Shown: positions 37,314 through 46,508 of the stretch, piece by piece | Layout of the letters: every line of letters starts with the position of its first letter | Position numbering within the stretch: position 1 is the first letter of the stretch | Source of the DNA: a virus | Taxonomy: Duplodnaviria; Caudoviricetes | Virus record (IMG/VR): IMGVR_UViG_3300031565_000023 | Location: 1 to 62,785 of that record | Length of the DNA: 62,785 bases | Direction: 5' to 3' (one strand) | Notes under the pieces: model-generated | Told to the model about the DNA's origin: nothing | The model's input: only the letters and a program-made list of their open reading frames with translations | The model's database searches: none | Made by a program: the position numbers and the translations under genes

Positions 37314-37640
37314 TTAGCTTTCGAAAGAGCTTTTCACTCGCAGCGTAAATTTCTTCAATCTTGTCTTGAATTTCTTTCTGTCTTTAGCCTGGAAATAGTC
37401 ATAGAGGTTTTCAAGCATCGAGTGTCTGTCAAAGGGTGCGTCAACATAGCCCCATGTATCCTCGTGCCCCAGATGCCTGCCGTCATATCCTTCGCACAGG
37501 AAAGCGAAACTCCCAAAATTCTCAAGGCCACCACTCAAACAAATAACCTTTTTCAGCCTGCCGAAAAGCCCGTACAGGCGATCATACTCATGGCAATCTA
37601 TCTGCCCCACTTTCCATCTAACGTCTACTGTGATTGGCAT
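37314..37640 (-). CDS. Hypothetical early protein
   Basis: GGAGGG RBS. Confidence 0.6.
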   Translation of the reverse strand: MPITVDVRWKVGQIDCHEYDRLYGLFGRLKKVICLSGGLENFGSFAFLCEGYDGRHLGHEDTWGYVDAPFDRHSMLENLYDYFQAKDRKKFKTRLKKFTLRVKSSFES

Positions 37641-37655
37641 GTCTCACCCTCCCCC

Positions 37656-37877
37656 TTAATTCGCTACGATTGCAGCGAAGAAATCAGTTTCCTCATAGTT
37701 GTCGGGATCAACGATAAAGCAAAGATACGCCTCACCGTTTGTTGTCCAGTGCAAAACCTCTCCGGGGCCCTTCAATTCCTCAAGTTTTGTTTCTGCAAAC
37801 TTAACCGCCATTTTCAGCTCGTCCACCGGGATGCTCTCAATGACACCTTTTGCCTTATCTATTAGTCGCACTACCAT
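37656..37877 (-). CDS. Hypothetical early protein
   Basis: AAGGGG RBS before MVVRLIDK; first gene after PL. Confidence 0.6.
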   Translation of the reverse strand: MVVRLIDKAKGVIESIPVDELKMAVKFAETKLEELKGPGEVLHWTTNGEAYLCFIVDPDNYEETDFFAAIVAN

Positions 37878-38049
37878 GGGTGCCCCCTTTAAAAAAAAAG
37901 AAGGCCACCCAGGGTGAATTGCTTTTGGGGAAGCAGACGAGAAACCAGTACCCTGGCAGGATCCCCCCGGTGGCCTTCTACTAATTTTTTTTGATTGTTT
38001 TTTCCCCAAAGCATTTTTGCCAGCCATCCGTACTGTGTTTGTGCTATAC

Positions 38050-38102
38050 ACTATATGAACTTCATTCACACTTGTCAAGTTAAAAATATGAATATTATTC
38101 AT
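38050..38102 (-). promoter_or_regulatory. PL-like promoter with two operators
   Basis: Minus strand TTGACA-17-TATAGT; ATGAACTTCATTCAC (38055) and ATGAATATTATTCAT (38088). Confidence 0.75.
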
Positions 38103-38150
38103 TATTATTCTATCGGTCCAACTTCGGTGTGAATTTCACATCATTCCCAC

Positions 38151-38180
38151 AAAAAAAACACCCCCGAAATGGAGGTGTTT
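38151..38180 (-). terminator. Intrinsic terminator of the repressor operon
   Basis: Minus strand aaacacctcc-atttc-gggggtgttttttt; flanked by two TGTGAAWTTCACA palindromes. Confidence 0.7.
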
Positions 38181-38217
38181 AAGCATTGTGTGAAATTCAC
38201 ACTATTGAGTTCTCGGC

Positions 38218-38523
38218 CTAACGGCCCTTTTTGCTATTTTTCTCTATTGTTGCCTTATCGCCATGAATTATAAGGCAAATGCCGAGCTTTTTTGTCAATT
38301 TGCTCACGTCTTCCCAGGAGATCCCATAATTCTGGTCCTTAAACATTCGGTACAGTTTTTCCCTCCCCATCCCCATTGTCCTGGAAAGGACAGGCCAGTT
38401 GATTCCTTCAAATCCACTGTCTTTTGGGTGCGCAAGGCTTTCGTTCCTGGAAATCATAGACCAAAGCAAGCGTATGATCTTTTTTTCCAACACCGAGTAG
38501 TTTTTCTTGCCTCTATATGGCAT
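38218..38523 (-). CDS. HTH-like protein
   Basis: WPVLSRTMGMGREKLYRMF...ISWEDVSKLTKKLG; GAGG RBS. Confidence 0.6.
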   Translation of the reverse strand: MPYRGKKNYSVLEKKIIRLLWSMISRNESLAHPKDSGFEGINWPVLSRTMGMGREKLYRMFKDQNYGISWEDVSKLTKKLGICLIIHGDKATIEKNSKKGR

Positions 38524-38576
38524 TTTACCTCATGGATATTAACAATCGAGCGTTAAGATTAATTTGTGTCGGCCGT

Positions 38577-39041
38577 TTATTCATCGTCGGGGGGAGAGGC
38601 ATCCGGATAAAACTCTCCTGTCTTTGGATTGATTGCGCCAGGTCCTACCCCTGGATAAAACTCTCCTGTCTTTGGATTGATTGCGCCAGATCCTACCCCC
38701 GGGTAAAACTCCCCACCTTCACCCACAACACCTTCTTTTACTCCCGGATAATATTTCCCACTAGGGCCAACTGCCCCTTGGTGTTTAGGCTTTACGTCTA
38801 TGGTTTTTTGTTGACTAGCTTCTTTTTCTTTAAAAGACCCCCTATATCTCTTAATGGTTTCTACGGCATATTCCCCATCAAGCCCCTTTCCCTGGTAGCC
38901 TTCTTCTGCTTTTCCCTCATTCTCTGTCGCAGGGGCATTGTCTCCCCCTTCGTCCCCATGGGAAAAGCCACAGATCAAAGCGATTGCTAAAGTTGTGACA
39001 AAAATTGATTTCAATGAAAGCATAATGATCAGTTTTTTCAT
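38577..39041 (-). CDS. Secreted protein with 16-aa GEFYPGVGxGAINPKT repeats (possible lysogenic conversion/exclusion)
   Basis: Signal peptide MKKLIIML...; 48-bp tandem repeats at 38605-38712; co-oriented with the repressor. Confidence 0.65.
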   Translation of the reverse strand: MKKLIIMLSLKSIFVTTLAIALICGFSHGDEGGDNAPATENEGKAEEGYQGKGLDGEYAVETIKRYRGSFKEKEASQQKTIDVKPKHQGAVGPSGKYYPGVKEGVVGEGGEFYPGVGSGAINPKTGEFYPGVGPGAINPKTGEFYPDASPPDDE

Positions 39042-39060
39042 AATGTCCTCCCCTTTCTTG

Positions 39061-39579
39061 TTAGGCACCTCCGGCGCCAACTTTTTTGGCCTCTTCTTTT
39101 TTTCTTCTTTCCTTAGCGTTGCCAGCATCTTTAAATCCATTATTAAAAACTTCAAGTATTTTTGTGAGGATTTCCCTTTCATGTTTGCGATCATAACCCA
39201 AAGTATTAATTAAATTTTTTACAACGTTCTTGTTCTCAATAGACAATCCCTTTATTGTTTTTAATAATTTATTTATTTCTTCCTTTGCTTCCAAGATCTC
39301 TTCCAATGTTTCGGGCTCGCCTTCAATGGAGATAACGTCTGTGGGTGTAATAATAAAAGAATGGTTTAAGAGCTCCGAAAGTTGGAAGACTCTTTCTGTT
39401 GTTAGGCGCCCCCTTTTTCTTCTAAAAATTAAATCTAGGTGCGCCCGGTCAAATTTTATAGATTTAGACTCTAATTCTTTTTTTGCTTTTGTTACATCTA
39501 CGCGGTTCGCTTTCCAATAACCACATTCTTTAAATGCCTTCTCCACGGCCGCGATAAGCTGTTTTTCCCTATTATTCAC
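39061..39579 (-). CDS. Putative CI-like repressor (no S24 peptidase seen)
   Basis: Divergent from the Cro-like gene across the operators; weak HTH resemblance. Confidence 0.55.
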   Translation of the reverse strand: MNNREKQLIAAVEKAFKECGYWKANRVDVTKAKKELESKSIKFDRAHLDLIFRRKRGRLTTERVFQLSELLNHSFIITPTDVISIEGEPETLEEILEAKEEINKLLKTIKGLSIENKNVVKNLINTLGYDRKHEREILTKILEVFNNGFKDAGNAKERRKKEEAKKVGAGGA

Positions 39580-39616
39580 AATAACCTACCTATATGAAAT
39601 ATGGTCACGCGTCAGC

Positions 39617-39669
39617 GTGAATGTTATTTACATTTTTTTCTTGACATCTGTGAATATTATTCATACTAT
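39617..39669 (+). promoter_or_regulatory. PR-like promoter with operators
   Basis: TTGACA(39641)-17-TACTAT; GTGAATGTTATTTAC (39617) and GTGAATATTATTCAT (39650). Confidence 0.8.
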
Positions 39670-39675
39670 GCCCTC

Positions 39676-39897
39676 ATGCATCCACTTAAGAAATATAGGC
39701 TCAAACACAAAACAACTGCCAGGGAAATAGCTGAAGAGGTTGAAGCGCAGGGAATCACTTGCGACATCTCCTATATTTATCACATTGAAAGTGGGCGGGC
39801 CAACCCAAGCTATAAGATGGCAAAGGCCATTTCGGTTGCTTCTGCTGGTGAAATAAACATTATAGAATTATTGGAACATTCTAATAGTGCAGCCTAA
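39676..39897 (+). CDS. Cro-like XRE HTH regulator
   Basis: LKKYR...AREIA...SYIYHIESGRANPS..MA..I. Confidence 0.8.
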   Translation: MHPLKKYRLKHKTTAREIAEEVEAQGITCDISYIYHIESGRANPSYKMAKAISVASAGEINIIELLEHSNSAA

Positions 39898-40384
39898 GAA
39901 ACCACGCCACAGCAGAGAAATTGCTTTCCTGCGGGAAATGAAGGATAAGGGTACAACTCTTATCTACGAACCTCGCGTATTTTACCTTTCTAGCGGCTCC
40001 ACGTACACGCCCGATTTTTACGATCCCGAAGAAGATAAATACTATGAATTAATAAGCACCCGGCAAAGGTGGCAGCAATGTAAAGATAAGTTGCGATTAT
40101 TCCAGGTAGACTATCCCGACATTAACTTTGAGATTATTGCTAAATATAAAAAGAAAAAGAGCTATGTTCTCCCAATTAAGCCCAAAACGGACGGCGCGCC
40201 CATTTCCCTAGATGCCATAAGATATAGGGTGATAGAACATTTAAATGAAAGTGGCATGCGCGCAAGTTCCTTTGCAAAAGAAAACGACATTAACCAGCCT
40301 ACCCTGCACAGATTTTTGGTGGGACAGACAGCGCCAAACGTGAAGAATTTAAACAAAATCCTTAATGGTTTGCGCGACAGTTAG
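39887..40384 (+). CDS. PD-(D/E)XK-fold domain fused to a C-terminal XRE HTH
   Basis: YEPRVFYL...YTPDFY...YYEL; FAKENDINQPTLHRFLVG..PN. Confidence 0.75.
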   Translation: MQPKKPRHSREIAFLREMKDKGTTLIYEPRVFYLSSGSTYTPDFYDPEEDKYYELISTRQRWQQCKDKLRLFQVDYPDINFEIIAKYKKKKSYVLPIKPKTDGAPISLDAIRYRVIEHLNESGMRASSFAKENDINQPTLHRFLVGQTAPNVKNLNKILNGLRDS

Positions 40385-40428
40385 GCGGTCAGAAGAAATA
40401 CATAACATACTCAAAACAGGTTGTCAAC

Positions 40429-40656
40429 ATGGTGACAAGAAAAAAAAGAATTTTTGGGATTTTGGAGGCCGAGGGGATTCCCGTGGGCGACATTATAGCG
40501 CTGCTACTCCGGCAGCAGGGAGTCGGGTTATCGGATGTTGCCAAAAAAGCGCGAGTCCATCGATCTTTTGTTTCTAAGGTTTTTGCCGGCGAAAGAAATC
40601 CGGCCTGCATTAAAGAAACCGTTTCGGGCGTGCTGGGGTTTGATCCCTGGGAATAG
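40429..40656 (+). CDS. Small HTH (Ner-like) protein
   Basis: LSDVAKKARVHRSFVSKVFAGER. Confidence 0.7.
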   Translation: MVTRKKRIFGILEAEGIPVGDIIALLLRQQGVGLSDVAKKARVHRSFVSKVFAGERNPACIKETVSGVLGFDPWE

Positions 40657-40674
40657 CCAAATTTGAAGATTTTT

Positions 40675-40875
40675 ATGACCCGGATTCCCATTTCTACCTT
40701 TAAGGAGCTCATGAGGCGCATTGCGAAAAATTGTAAGAAGTGCGCGGGATCCAGCCAGCGGGTAAAAAAATGCATGAGCCTTGAGTGTGACTTTCACGCC
40801 GTTCGTAATGGTGCCAGGATGAGCAGAAGGATAAACCCTAAGAGCCTTCAGAATTTGAAGAATGCCTCCGATTGA
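40675..40875 (+). CDS. Small Cys-rich hypothetical protein
   Basis: CxxC...C...C pattern. Confidence 0.5.
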   Translation: MTRIPISTFKELMRRIAKNCKKCAGSSQRVKKCMSLECDFHAVRNGARMSRRINPKSLQNLKNASD

Positions 40876-41313
40876 ATCGGGGGCTTTTCTCGTAGGATCA
40901 ACGATCTCCTGCTTGTGCGATGGATTCCATGCCTAAATTAAAAAAGTGTCTTAAAATCGATTTTTAAATAAAAGAGTATTGAACTTGGGAACTTTCAGAA
41001 TAGTAATTTCGCGCGGTAACTACTAGGCAAGAAATTTCACAGGCAACACAACGGGAATAACTGTGGCGTTATTCGCACATTACTAACATTCGGCTTGTTT
41101 GGTAATCACCCCCTTTGGATATAAATATAACATGATGTACGATAATATACCAAGTGGCTTTATTTGTCAAGTATTTTTTTTGATAATCTGCGATTTTATT
41201 TTTTTGACAGCGAGGCTTGCTTGACTGAAAACCGAGCACATACTCCAAGCCCAATCCATCGCCATATCAAAGCTGCGCCCCCTAGAATTATAATATTTAA
41301 GGAGAATTTCAAA

Positions 41314-41583
41314 ATGAAGTGTAGAGCCTGCGATAAGGAAATCCAGTTTATAAAAAGTGCTTTACCGGAAAAAGGTGGCAGCAGGGCCAAGTTTATGCCC
41401 TGCGAAATGGACAAGCTAACCATTGTCACCCCGGAGGGTGTGATTGTCCAGGGGTACGAGCCTCATTGGGGAAACTGCCCCGATCCGGAGAGATTCAGGA
41501 AGGTCAAGGGAGCCGATCCGGAGGTTGAGAGATCGGAGCTTAAAAACGAGCTGGCGAGGGCAGGGGAAACAGAAAGGGGGTAA
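41314..41583 (+). CDS. Small Zn-binding phage protein
   Basis: AAGGAG RBS; CxxC...MP...PHWGNCP. Confidence 0.7.
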   Translation: MKCRACDKEIQFIKSALPEKGGSRAKFMPCEMDKLTIVTPEGVIVQGYEPHWGNCPDPERFRKVKGADPEVERSELKNELARAGETERG

Positions 41584-41586
41584 TAT

Positions 41587-42453
41587 ATGGCAATTACCAA
41601 GGTGGGGAATCTAAGAGATAGACTGGATACGATTGACAGCAGGGTGATGAAGCGGGCATATGATGGGTTTTATAAGAGTCGGCTGGCCATTCTAGTCGGG
41701 GAGTGGGAGAAGGGTGAAGCAATCGCCTCTCATTTTAGGGGGGGTAAAATGAGAAGCTGGAATCAAATATCCAAAGAAACCGGCAGAAGAGATGTGTCCC
41801 TTAAAAAATGGCACGATCTTTACGAGGAATATCCAAACAAGGAGGACTATTTAGAGATAACAGAGAAAAAAGCAAAAGAATGGACACAAAAAGCACTGTC
41901 TGAAAAAGACACGAAAGGAGTTATTGCCATGCTACATACTGGAGATCAGGAAAGCTATACACCGGAGCAATATATAGAATCGGCAAGAGAGGTAATGGGT
42001 AGTATAGACGTTGATCCCGCCTCAAATGAATTTGCCAACGAAACGGTAAAGGCAAAAACATATTACACCGTTGAAGATGATGGCCTTACTAAAGAATGGA
42101 ATGGGAATGTATTTTTAAACCCACCCTATGAATTTCCACTCATAAAGAATTTTGTTGATAAGCTGCTGGAGGAATATCGGGCAGGCAGGACAAAAAGGGC
42201 CATACTTCTCACAAACAACAATACCGATACACAGTGGTTTCACGATGCAGGGAGGGTGTCCGGCATTATCTGTTTTACAAGGGGGCGGATCAATTTTTAT
42301 AAAAAAGACGGATCTGTTAGCCAGCCGACTAACGGCCAGGCATTTTTCTATTTTGGTGATGAGCCCGAGAAGTTTAAGGCATCGTTTCGTCAATATGGTT
42401 GGGTGGGAACGGTAATAAAAGGTGTGAAGGGGTTGATAATGAAAAATGCCTGA
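41587..42453 (+). CDS. Phage DNA N6-adenine methyltransferase (Dam-like)
   Basis: YTP, IDVDPAS, DGL..W, VFLNPPY, T.WF and GRINF. Confidence 0.88.
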   Translation: MAITKVGNLRDRLDTIDSRVMKRAYDGFYKSRLAILVGEWEKGEAIASHFRGGKMRSWNQISKETGRRDVSLKKWHDLYEEYPNKEDYLEITEKKAKEWTQKALSEKDTKGVIAMLHTGDQESYTPEQYIESAREVMGSIDVDPASNEFANETVKAKTYYTVEDDGLTKEWNGNVFLNPPYEFPLIKNFVDKLLEEYRAGRTKRAILLTNNNTDTQWFHDAGRVSGIICFTRGRINFYKKDGSVSQPTNGQAFFYFGDEPEKFKASFRQYGWVGTVIKGVKGLIMKNA

Positions 42454-42877
42454 TGATCTTCCAGATACCATTTACAATAAGGAGGCTTTTGAAGATGGTT
42501 TGCCAGCCGGTTTCGATGGATATTTTCATTGGGAATGGACGAAGGGTTGTTTCGGTGCAACCAACATAAAGCCGATGGACTTCGATGGGGTAGTTGAGCG
42601 AAGTGGACATTTTCTCGTTTTTGAAACAAAAAAACAGGGCATCCCTGTCCCGGACGCACAAATGAGAGCGCTTATGGCTGCGGTCAAGACAGGCTATTTT
42701 ACGGTGATGATTATGTGGGGCAAAAAAACACCGGGGAAGATAATCGTACTGCATCCGGGGGGAAAACAAGAAGAATATTATGGCGTAGAGGCCGCCAGGG
42801 GAATAGTGAAACGATGGTTTGCCTATGCAAACGGCCTGGGCATCCGGGCTGAGCTTAAACGGCTTTTCGCCAACTAA
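42446..42877 (+). CDS. PD-(D/E)XK-like nuclease
   Basis: MDFDGVVE...FLVFETK...Q. Confidence 0.6.
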   Translation: MPDDLPDTIYNKEAFEDGLPAGFDGYFHWEWTKGCFGATNIKPMDFDGVVERSGHFLVFETKKQGIPVPDAQMRALMAAVKTGYFTVMIMWGKKTPGKIIVLHPGGKQEEYYGVEAARGIVKRWFAYANGLGIRAELKRLFAN

Positions 42878-42890
42878 AAGGAGGGGAAGA

Positions 42891-43835
42891 ATGAATAGCA
42901 AAACAGTGTGTCGAATCCTAAAAAGAAAACATGAGGAATTTTTAGCATCTATTTCCGATGATAAAGTTAGGTTGCTTGTGCAGGATAATTCTTTTATCAC
43001 CGGAGGGGCAATAGCTTCTATGTTGTTGGGGGAAAAGGTTAATGACTATGATTATTATTTTACCAACAAAGAAACGTGCAAGGCTGTGGCAGAATACTAC
43101 GTCAAAATGTTTAATGATCTTCACCCCGACAATACCTACCTCACCACCACGAAACTTACCAGGCCAGAAGTGCAAGAAATAGATGGCCGGATAAAGATTG
43201 TTGTACCATCTGCGGGGATAACAAGCGAAGAAGAAACAATGGGTGATTATCAGTATTTTGAGGGGCAGCCGGACGAAGCAGGGGAAGAATGGGTTGAAAA
43301 AACAATTACTGACGCAGACAGCGTGGACGGTAAGCCAATGGAGGAAATTGAAAAACCCCCATACAGGCCGATCTTTCTTTCAGCCAACGCAATAACCCTT
43401 TCCCAAAAAATTCAACTGGTGATTCGCTTTTACGGCACCCCGAAAGAAGTCCACGAAAACTATGATTTCGTACACTGCACCAATTATTGGATGCCCGCAA
43501 ATGGGAATCTCGTTTTGAAAAAGGCGGCCCTGGAAAGCCTGTTGTCTCGGCAGCTACATTATGTGGGCTCCCTTTATCCCGTTTGCTCCGTTATCCGCAC
43601 CAGGAAATTTATCAGGGCCGGCTGGCACATCAACGCCGGGCAGTATTTAAAGATGTGTTTCCAGGTTAGCGGGCTCGACTTAACCAACCTGGAGATATTG
43701 GAGGATCAGCTAACCGGGGTAGACACAGCATACTTCCAGCAGCTAATCGATTATTGTAAGGAGAGGCAGGGGGAAGACGAGGGGTTTCGGGTTACAATGC
43801 CATACATAGCAAGTTTAGTGGATAAAATATTTTAA
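42891..43835 (+). CDS. Nucleotidyltransferase-like protein
   Basis: ITGGAIASML...NDYDYYF (GG + DxD motif); YDFVHC. Confidence 0.7.
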   Translation: MNSKTVCRILKRKHEEFLASISDDKVRLLVQDNSFITGGAIASMLLGEKVNDYDYYFTNKETCKAVAEYYVKMFNDLHPDNTYLTTTKLTRPEVQEIDGRIKIVVPSAGITSEEETMGDYQYFEGQPDEAGEEWVEKTITDADSVDGKPMEEIEKPPYRPIFLSANAITLSQKIQLVIRFYGTPKEVHENYDFVHCTNYWMPANGNLVLKKAALESLLSRQLHYVGSLYPVCSVIRTRKFIRAGWHINAGQYLKMCFQVSGLDLTNLEILEDQLTGVDTAYFQQLIDYCKERQGEDEGFRVTMPYIASLVDKIF

Positions 43836-43881
43836 GCGCCTATTTAACCTGCCTTTCCAAGCGAGCAAAAGACCAGCGATT

Positions 43882-44334
43882 ATGCCAAAGCGTGTATTTA
43901 ATCAGCCCAACAAACAACCAAAACACGCCAGGGAAATATCCTTTCAAAACGAGATGGCCATCAAGGGAATACACCTTGTTTATGAACCCCGCACTTTCTA
44001 CCTTTCTAATGGATCACGATACACTCCTGATTTTTGCGATCCTAAAGAAGATAAATACTACGAGCTCGCTGGCACTAGGCAGGCGTGGCATGAGAATAAA
44101 AATAAAATCAACCACTTCAAAAAAGAGCATCCCCACATTAAATTTGAAATTGTTTTTAAATATCGAAAAAATCAAAAAACAAGGCAGGGGCCAGGAGAAC
44201 ATAAGTCCTATTTACTCCGGGGTGTCCCGCTTGGTCTGTGGCGAAAGTTCCGGGCTGTGTGCAAACTGGAAGGTACAACCGTAAAACAAAAATTGCTCAA
44301 ATTTATCGAGTCCACAACCTTACGGGAGATATAA
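43882..44334 (+). CDS. PD-(D/E)XK-fold domain (paralog of 39887) fused to an RHH-like C-terminus
   Basis: YEPRTFYLSNGSRYTPDF...YYEL; SYLLRGVP..LWRKFRAVC..EG.TV. Confidence 0.72.
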   Translation: MPKRVFNQPNKQPKHAREISFQNEMAIKGIHLVYEPRTFYLSNGSRYTPDFCDPKEDKYYELAGTRQAWHENKNKINHFKKEHPHIKFEIVFKYRKNQKTRQGPGEHKSYLLRGVPLGLWRKFRAVCKLEGTTVKQKLLKFIESTTLREI

Positions 44335-44335
44335 A

Positions 44336-44692
44336 ATGAGTCCATTAAGAAATGTCCTTGATCTTGATGAACAGAAGGACAAACAGGATCAATGCCATTT
44401 TCATTCATGCGATTTGCACGAAAGGGTTTTGATCCTTGAAAAGCAGTATGTCCAAGCAAAGTGCTTCCTTTTGCAGAAGCATGAAGAAATTAAAACCTTG
44501 CGGGGGCACGCCAAGGAGCTGACAGATCGGGTGCGGGAGCTTGAGAAAAAGTGGAGCGAAGCAAAAATTATCCAGGCGCTCACAAAAATATGTGTCGTTG
44601 ATCCGGACAAGAAAAACACATTCAAAGGGGTGAAAAATGGCAAGGGGACGAGTGCTTTTAAACCGCATTTCGGCCAGCCAAAAGGTGAATAA
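44336..44692 (+). CDS. Coiled-coil hypothetical protein
   Basis: GGGAG RBS; heptad pattern. Confidence 0.6.
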   Translation: MSPLRNVLDLDEQKDKQDQCHFHSCDLHERVLILEKQYVQAKCFLLQKHEEIKTLRGHAKELTDRVRELEKKWSEAKIIQALTKICVVDPDKKNTFKGVKNGKGTSAFKPHFGQPKGE

Positions 44693-45410
44693 GCTCACCG
44701 ATGGACAGGCATTATTATATAGCTGGTTGATCTCGCATTTAGACTATAATGGAAATTACTACTATGATTTTTGGGTGTGTAAGGGCAAAATTGTACCAAA
44801 ACGAAAAAAAATGACGGTTAATTTTGTCAAGAAAGCATTCCAAAAAATGAGGCAAGTTGGCCTAATCACAACCTACAAAAACGGCACCGATACCTTTCTC
44901 CACCTTGAGCAGTTTGTGGAATTGCAGCCCAATTTACGCCCGGATAGGGAAACCCCAACGGAAATCCCCGACATCAACGCTCCGGACTCCACTCCGGAGT
45001 TAATTCCGGACTCCACTCCGGACTCCACTCCGGAGCCAACTCCGCGTGAATATAATATAAGTAAAGGTAATATAAAACCCCCTATACCCCCCAAAAAAAT
45101 GGTATCGAAAAAATCACAGGACAACGGCGTAAAACTCACCCCGGAGCAAAGCATAAGATTCGATCTCTTTTGGAATGTTTACTCCAAAAAACAAAACAAA
45201 GAAAAAGCAAGGGCAGCCTTCAAAAAACTTGACCCCAATGACGATCTTACGAAGATCATTATTACGAATGTTAAAGTAAGAAATAAAAGTGATCCGCAAT
45301 GGACAAAAAATAACGGTGAGTTTGTCCCATTACCAAACACGTACTTAAACAACAAGCGGTGGGCAGATATTTTAAACCCATCTAAGGACGATAGTAGATA
45401 TGACTTCTAA
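44637..45410 (+). CDS. Replication initiator protein
   Basis: MARGR...LLYSWL N-terminus; FDLFWNVY.KK..K..A and P.P.TYLN..RW C-terminus; internal iterons. Confidence 0.85.
   Translation: MARGRVLLNRISASQKVNKLTDGQALLYSWLISHLDYNGNYYYDFWVCKGKIVPKRKKMTVNFVKKAFQKMRQVGLITTYKNGTDTFLHLEQFVELQPNLRPDRETPTEIPDINAPDSTPELIPDSTPDSTPEPTPREYNISKGNIKPPIPPKKMVSKKSQDNGVKLTPEQSIRFDLFWNVYSKKQNKEKARAAFKKLDPNDDLTKIIITNVKVRNKSDPQWTKNNGEFVPLPNTYLNNKRWADILNPSKDDSRYDF
44980..45075 (+). repeat. Putative replication origin: five 12-bp YTCCGGA iterons plus an AT-rich tract
   Basis: ctccggactcca-type units at 44980-45039 followed by tataatataagtaaaggtaatataaaa. Confidence 0.7.
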
Positions 45411-45999
45411 AAAATATTTTCAAGAGCAGATGCAGGAATTAGAAAGAGCGTTTAACAGCGCATACTCTAAGGAGCAGTTATCTCGATGCCATGAGGCCAT
45501 CAAGGGTTATGAGTCTCACCACGTTAAGCGAGCCATCGATAATCTGATTATAACGGTGTACAGGCTACCCACCATTGCCCAGGTAATCCAGGAAATACGC
45601 GCTCAATGGGAGCACGATTGGGATCGGGATAAAAAAACCGACAAACAAGTAGCAAAAGATATCCTCAACGGTAGACACCTCAAGCTCAACGAGCCCCACA
45701 CTAAAGACGCTTTCAACCTAATCAAGTCAACGCTGTTTGGACACTTTGACGCACGGAAGTTTTACAAGGACATGGTAGCCATGGAAACCAAACATCCCGG
45801 CTTCGGATGGAGGGAAAACGCTGAGCAGCTTAAAAAGAAAACCACAGATCATCCGGGGCGAGCTCCTTTTACCCCATGGCGATCAAAATGGAAACGAGCA
45901 ATAGACGAGCTAAAAGCAATTAGAGAGGCCAACAAAAATGTACCAAAACCAATCGGCACAGATAGAAAAATCCTTGAGGACATGCCTAAGCTCGATTGA
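45400..45999 (+). CDS. Putative helicase loader/inhibitor-type replication protein
   Basis: Follows the initiator; AIDNLI...LPTIAQV. Confidence 0.55.
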   Translation: MTSKKYFQEQMQELERAFNSAYSKEQLSRCHEAIKGYESHHVKRAIDNLIITVYRLPTIAQVIQEIRAQWEHDWDRDKKTDKQVAKDILNGRHLKLNEPHTKDAFNLIKSTLFGHFDARKFYKDMVAMETKHPGFGWRENAEQLKKKTTDHPGRAPFTPWRSKWKRAIDELKAIREANKNVPKPIGTDRKILEDMPKLD

Positions 46000-46301
46000 T
46001 CGGGCCTGGTTACCAGGGACATTACCATGGATCACAAAACACGATCCAGCATTGATAAAATCTATGCGCGATATAGCTAATCGCATTGATACCGCTTCAT
46101 TGATAAAACCCATGCAAGGCATAAGAAAAATCAATGCGTTGCTGGCCGTGTATTTCTCGCAGCATATGGAAGCAATAGAGAGATATAAGGAGTATAGGAG
46201 AGATATGAGGGTACAAATCAGGAATATTTTGGGATAATCGGCGTTTTCGGTGATTTTTTGGGCATTATAAGGTTTTTTAATTCAAGGCCTTGGAGGGAAA
46301 A

Positions 46302-46508
46302 ATGAGCGCAAACCAGGACAGAAGATTGCTGAAAAGCTACATAATGCTACACTTCGACAACCAGGGGGATTTCGGCCGGGCGGTGGAAATGACACCATCA
46401 GACGTTAGCCAGGTTTTGAAAGGCCGGGAGAAACTAACCCTGGATCAGGCCGGGAGGTGGACATCTATCCTGCATTGTCCGGCCTTTATCATTCAACCTT
46501 TTGTGTAG
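46302..46508 (+). CDS. Small HTH protein
   Basis: QGDFGRAVEMTPSDVSQVLKGR; GGAGGG RBS. Confidence 0.6.
   Translation: MSANQDRRLLKSYIMLHFDNQGDFGRAVEMTPSDVSQVLKGREKLTLDQAGRWTSILHCPAFIIQPFV

Noticed and set aside
38128-38201. CRP binding sites
   Set aside because: TGTGA/TCACA half-sites are separated by 3 nt, not the 6 nt of CRP sites
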